Positions 61,980 to 64,000 of a DNA stretch of 64,000 nt are shown in pieces (position 1 is the first letter of the stretch; every line of letters begins with the position of its first letter). This stretch comes from Halarcobacter sp. (GTDB taxonomy: Bacteria; Campylobacterota; Campylobacteria; Campylobacterales; Arcobacteraceae): NCBI GenBank assembly GCA_048571215.1, contig CP182352.1:1728001-1792000 (forward strand). Reading direction: 5' to 3'. Under the pieces are notes generated by a model that saw only the letters and a list, made by a program, of their open reading frames with translations, had not been told where the DNA came from and searched no databases. Made by a program: the position numbers and the translations under genes.

Positions 61980-62645
61980 TTATTTCTTATTTACCCATCT
62001 ATAACCACTAAATATAGAATCCATAGCACCAGCTTTTCCATATATAGAGTTAAATACAGCAAGATAGATATGAATAGGTATAAATAAAATAAACACCCAC
62101 ATAAAAATATGATGTATATTTCTAACCATTGCTAAACCACCAAATAAAACCTCAATTGGTTTTACCATATCAAATAAAAATCCTCCTATCCCTTCATGAT
62201 ATACATGAACATATAATATAATACCCGTTAGTGATATCATAAATATACTAATATAAATCCCCACATATGCCATAAACTGCAAAGGGTTATAAACCCCTTT
62301 TCCATGTGGATGTTTCGATATCAACAAATAATAACCTATTTGTTTAATCCAAATTTTTGGATTTATAAAGTCCCAAAAAGATTCCCTTTCAACTTTACTT
62401 TGTTTATCAAAAACAAAAAGATAAAACTTTCCAATAGTTACAGCAATAAGCAAGAAACCAAATATTATATGCCAAGATCTAGATAAAGCATTTAGAAAAT
62501 TAACAGGTTCCCCACCACTATGTGATGGTGAAATAAAAGGAAAAGCCAAATAAAATCCAGTTGCTGTTAAAATCAAAATTGTTAATGCCCTAAGCCAATG
62601 GGTTATCCTAACCCAAGATGAAAACTCATAATGTTTTTTAATCAT
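61980..62645 (-). CDS. hydC: [NiFe] hydrogenase b-type cytochrome subunit
   Basis: RITHW, WH, YNPLQ, RNIHH, HIYLAV. Confidence 0.95.
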   Translation of the reverse strand: MIKKHYEFSSWVRITHWLRALTILILTATGFYLAFPFISPSHSGGEPVNFLNALSRSWHIIFGFLLIAVTIGKFYLFVFDKQSKVERESFWDFINPKIWIKQIGYYLLISKHPHGKGVYNPLQFMAYVGIYISIFMISLTGIILYVHVYHEGIGGFLFDMVKPIEVLFGGLAMVRNIHHIFMWVFILFIPIHIYLAVFNSIYGKAGAMDSIFSGYRWVNKK

Positions 62646-62654
62646 AAGTGCAAC

Positions 62655-64000
62655 CTAACAACTTGCTGAATACACTGGGTCAACTTTATAAGTTCCCAAA
62701 TCATTACCTTTTTTATCCATAACATGAACAGCACAAGCAATACATGGGTCAAAACTATGAATAACTCTAATAATCTCTAAAGGCTTACTAATATCTTTTA
62801 CTTTCAAACCAATAAGGTTTGATTCATAAGGTCCTTTTAGACCTCTTGAATCTTCAGGACCTGCATTCCAAGTTGAAGGAACTACAGCTTGATAGTTTTC
62901 AACAACTCCATTTTTTATCCTAATCCAATGACTTAACATACCCCTTGGAACATCACCTATAAATCTTCCTTTATACTCTTTATCTTTATCAATTTTATAA
63001 GAAGTATAAGTATCTTGATCAACTTTTAAGTTTTCTATTAAACTTTCAAAAGTTTCTAAACCATTATCAATAATAGCCTTTGCTTGTAAGGCTCTTGCTG
63101 CAGTTCTACCTAATGTTGTATATAGTGCCTCTAAAGGCAAATTAGTTTTGGCTAAGAACTCATCTACAATTTTTACTATTTTTTTATTTCCTTTTGCATA
63201 AGAAACTAAAATAGCAGCCAAAGGTCCAACCTCCATAGCTTTTTCATCATATCTAGGGGATTTTATCCAAGAGTATTTACCCTTATCATCTACTGATTTT
63301 GAGTGTACCTCTTTCCCATCTGCGCCAATAGTCATTTTCTCTTTTAGACCTGTATATTTTGGATTTGTTTTTCCATTATATGGATGTAAAGCTTCATTAT
63401 CTTCATACCAAGAGTGTGTTGCTTCTTCTGTTATAAAATCTTCATTTATAGGGTATACTTTTGATAAGTCTCCATCTAAAATAATCCCCGTATCAAATAA
63501 AAATTCACTTCTATTTAACTGCATCTCTTTATGTGACATAAAATTCATAGTTCCAGCTTTAGCAGTAACACTAGGCTCAGTTCCATAAGCCTTTGCTGCC
63601 ATTAAAACATCTGCGTAATATGCATTTTCAATAAAATTTGCAACCTCTTTGTATTTTGTTAAATACTCTGACATTCTTGAGGGGTCTAAAAGATCCATAA
63701 CACAAGTAACTCCACCAACAGTCAAACTTTGAGGATGGGGTTGTTTACCACCAAACATTGCCATAAGTTGAGCTGCTGTTCTTTGAACTTCAAGAGCTTT
63801 TAGATAATGTGACAAGGCTATCAAATTTTGTTCTGGAGTAAATTTAAATGTTTTATGTCCCCAGTATGCATTTGCAAAAGGTCCCAATTCCCCCCTTTGA
63901 ACAAAAGCCTTTACCCTATCCTTTGTTTTAACTAAATCATTTTCACCTGTTGCGATTGGGTATTTTGTATATTTAAATGCCTCTTTTGAAGCTTTTGCAG
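62655..64000 (-). CDS. hydB: Group 1 [NiFe] uptake hydrogenase large subunit (5' part outside window)
   Basis: GGKQPHPQ, YSWIKSPRY, PRGMLSHW, VVPSTWN, SFDPCIACAVH plus cleavable C-terminal tail. Confidence 0.96.
   Translation of the reverse strand, partial: AKASKEAFKYTKYPIATGENDLVKTKDRVKAFVQRGELGPFANAYWGHKTFKFTPEQNLIALSHYLKALEVQRTAAQLMAMFGGKQPHPQSLTVGGVTCVMDLLDPSRMSEYLTKYKEVANFIENAYYADVLMAAKAYGTEPSVTAKAGTMNFMSHKEMQLNRSEFLFDTGIILDGDLSKVYPINEDFITEEATHSWYEDNEALHPYNGKTNPKYTGLKEKMTIGADGKEVHSKSVDDKGKYSWIKSPRYDEKAMEVGPLAAILVSYAKGNKKIVKIVDEFLAKTNLPLEALYTTLGRTAARALQAKAIIDNGLETFESLIENLKVDQDTYTSYKIDKDKEYKGRFIGDVPRGMLSHWIRIKNGVVENYQAVVPSTWNAGPEDSRGLKGPYESNLIGLKVKDISKPLEIIRVIHSFDPCIACAVHVMDKKGNDLGTYKVDPVYSASC

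Noticed and set aside
153..62486. Many short track ORFs antisense or nested in real genes (e.g. 153-425, 641-847, 3640-3987, 28564-28965, 46866-47426)
   Set aside because: Shadow frames of well-supported genes, with no SD or recognisable motifs
1..64000. CRISPR arrays, tRNA/rRNA genes, prophage or defence genes
   Set aside because: No repeat-spacer periodicity, cloverleaf, integrase or phage genes found by eye

Overview
AT-rich Campylobacterota chromosome segment whose gene content points to Arcobacteraceae (inference). Left to right: start of the rpmJ-rpsM-rpsK operon with a long structured leader; a signalling cluster (REC-HD-GYP, HIT, hybrid PAS-HK-REC-Hpt kinase, DHH phosphoesterase with an in-frame TAA); leuDB, rpoD, hemL-ppnP-atpZ/I-like, tonB, a metF-like gene, rodA-speB, rluD-FnIII lipoprotein-trmB-ftsEX-envC, a CxxCH-GGDEF protein, a GT2, an MCP, dapD and priA; an accessory block with a 2899-aa mosaic lipoprotein facing a 7TMR-DISM/HisKA_2 kinase and REC-wHTH regulator; livKHMGF; a Cache-GGDEF protein; and a group 1 [NiFe] hydrogenase locus (hydBCD, hypF, hypBCDEA) with several inserted genes. 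Signals most worth following up: a ~175-nt highly structured candidate sRNA with C/U-rich loops between hydD and hypF, the giant lipoprotein with C2-like motifs plus its putative two-component regulator and 11-bp direct-repeat site, the structured rpmJ leader, a 53-aa ORF with an ATC start, and a glutamine amidotransferase inside the hyp operon. No rRNA, tRNA or CRISPR array was seen.
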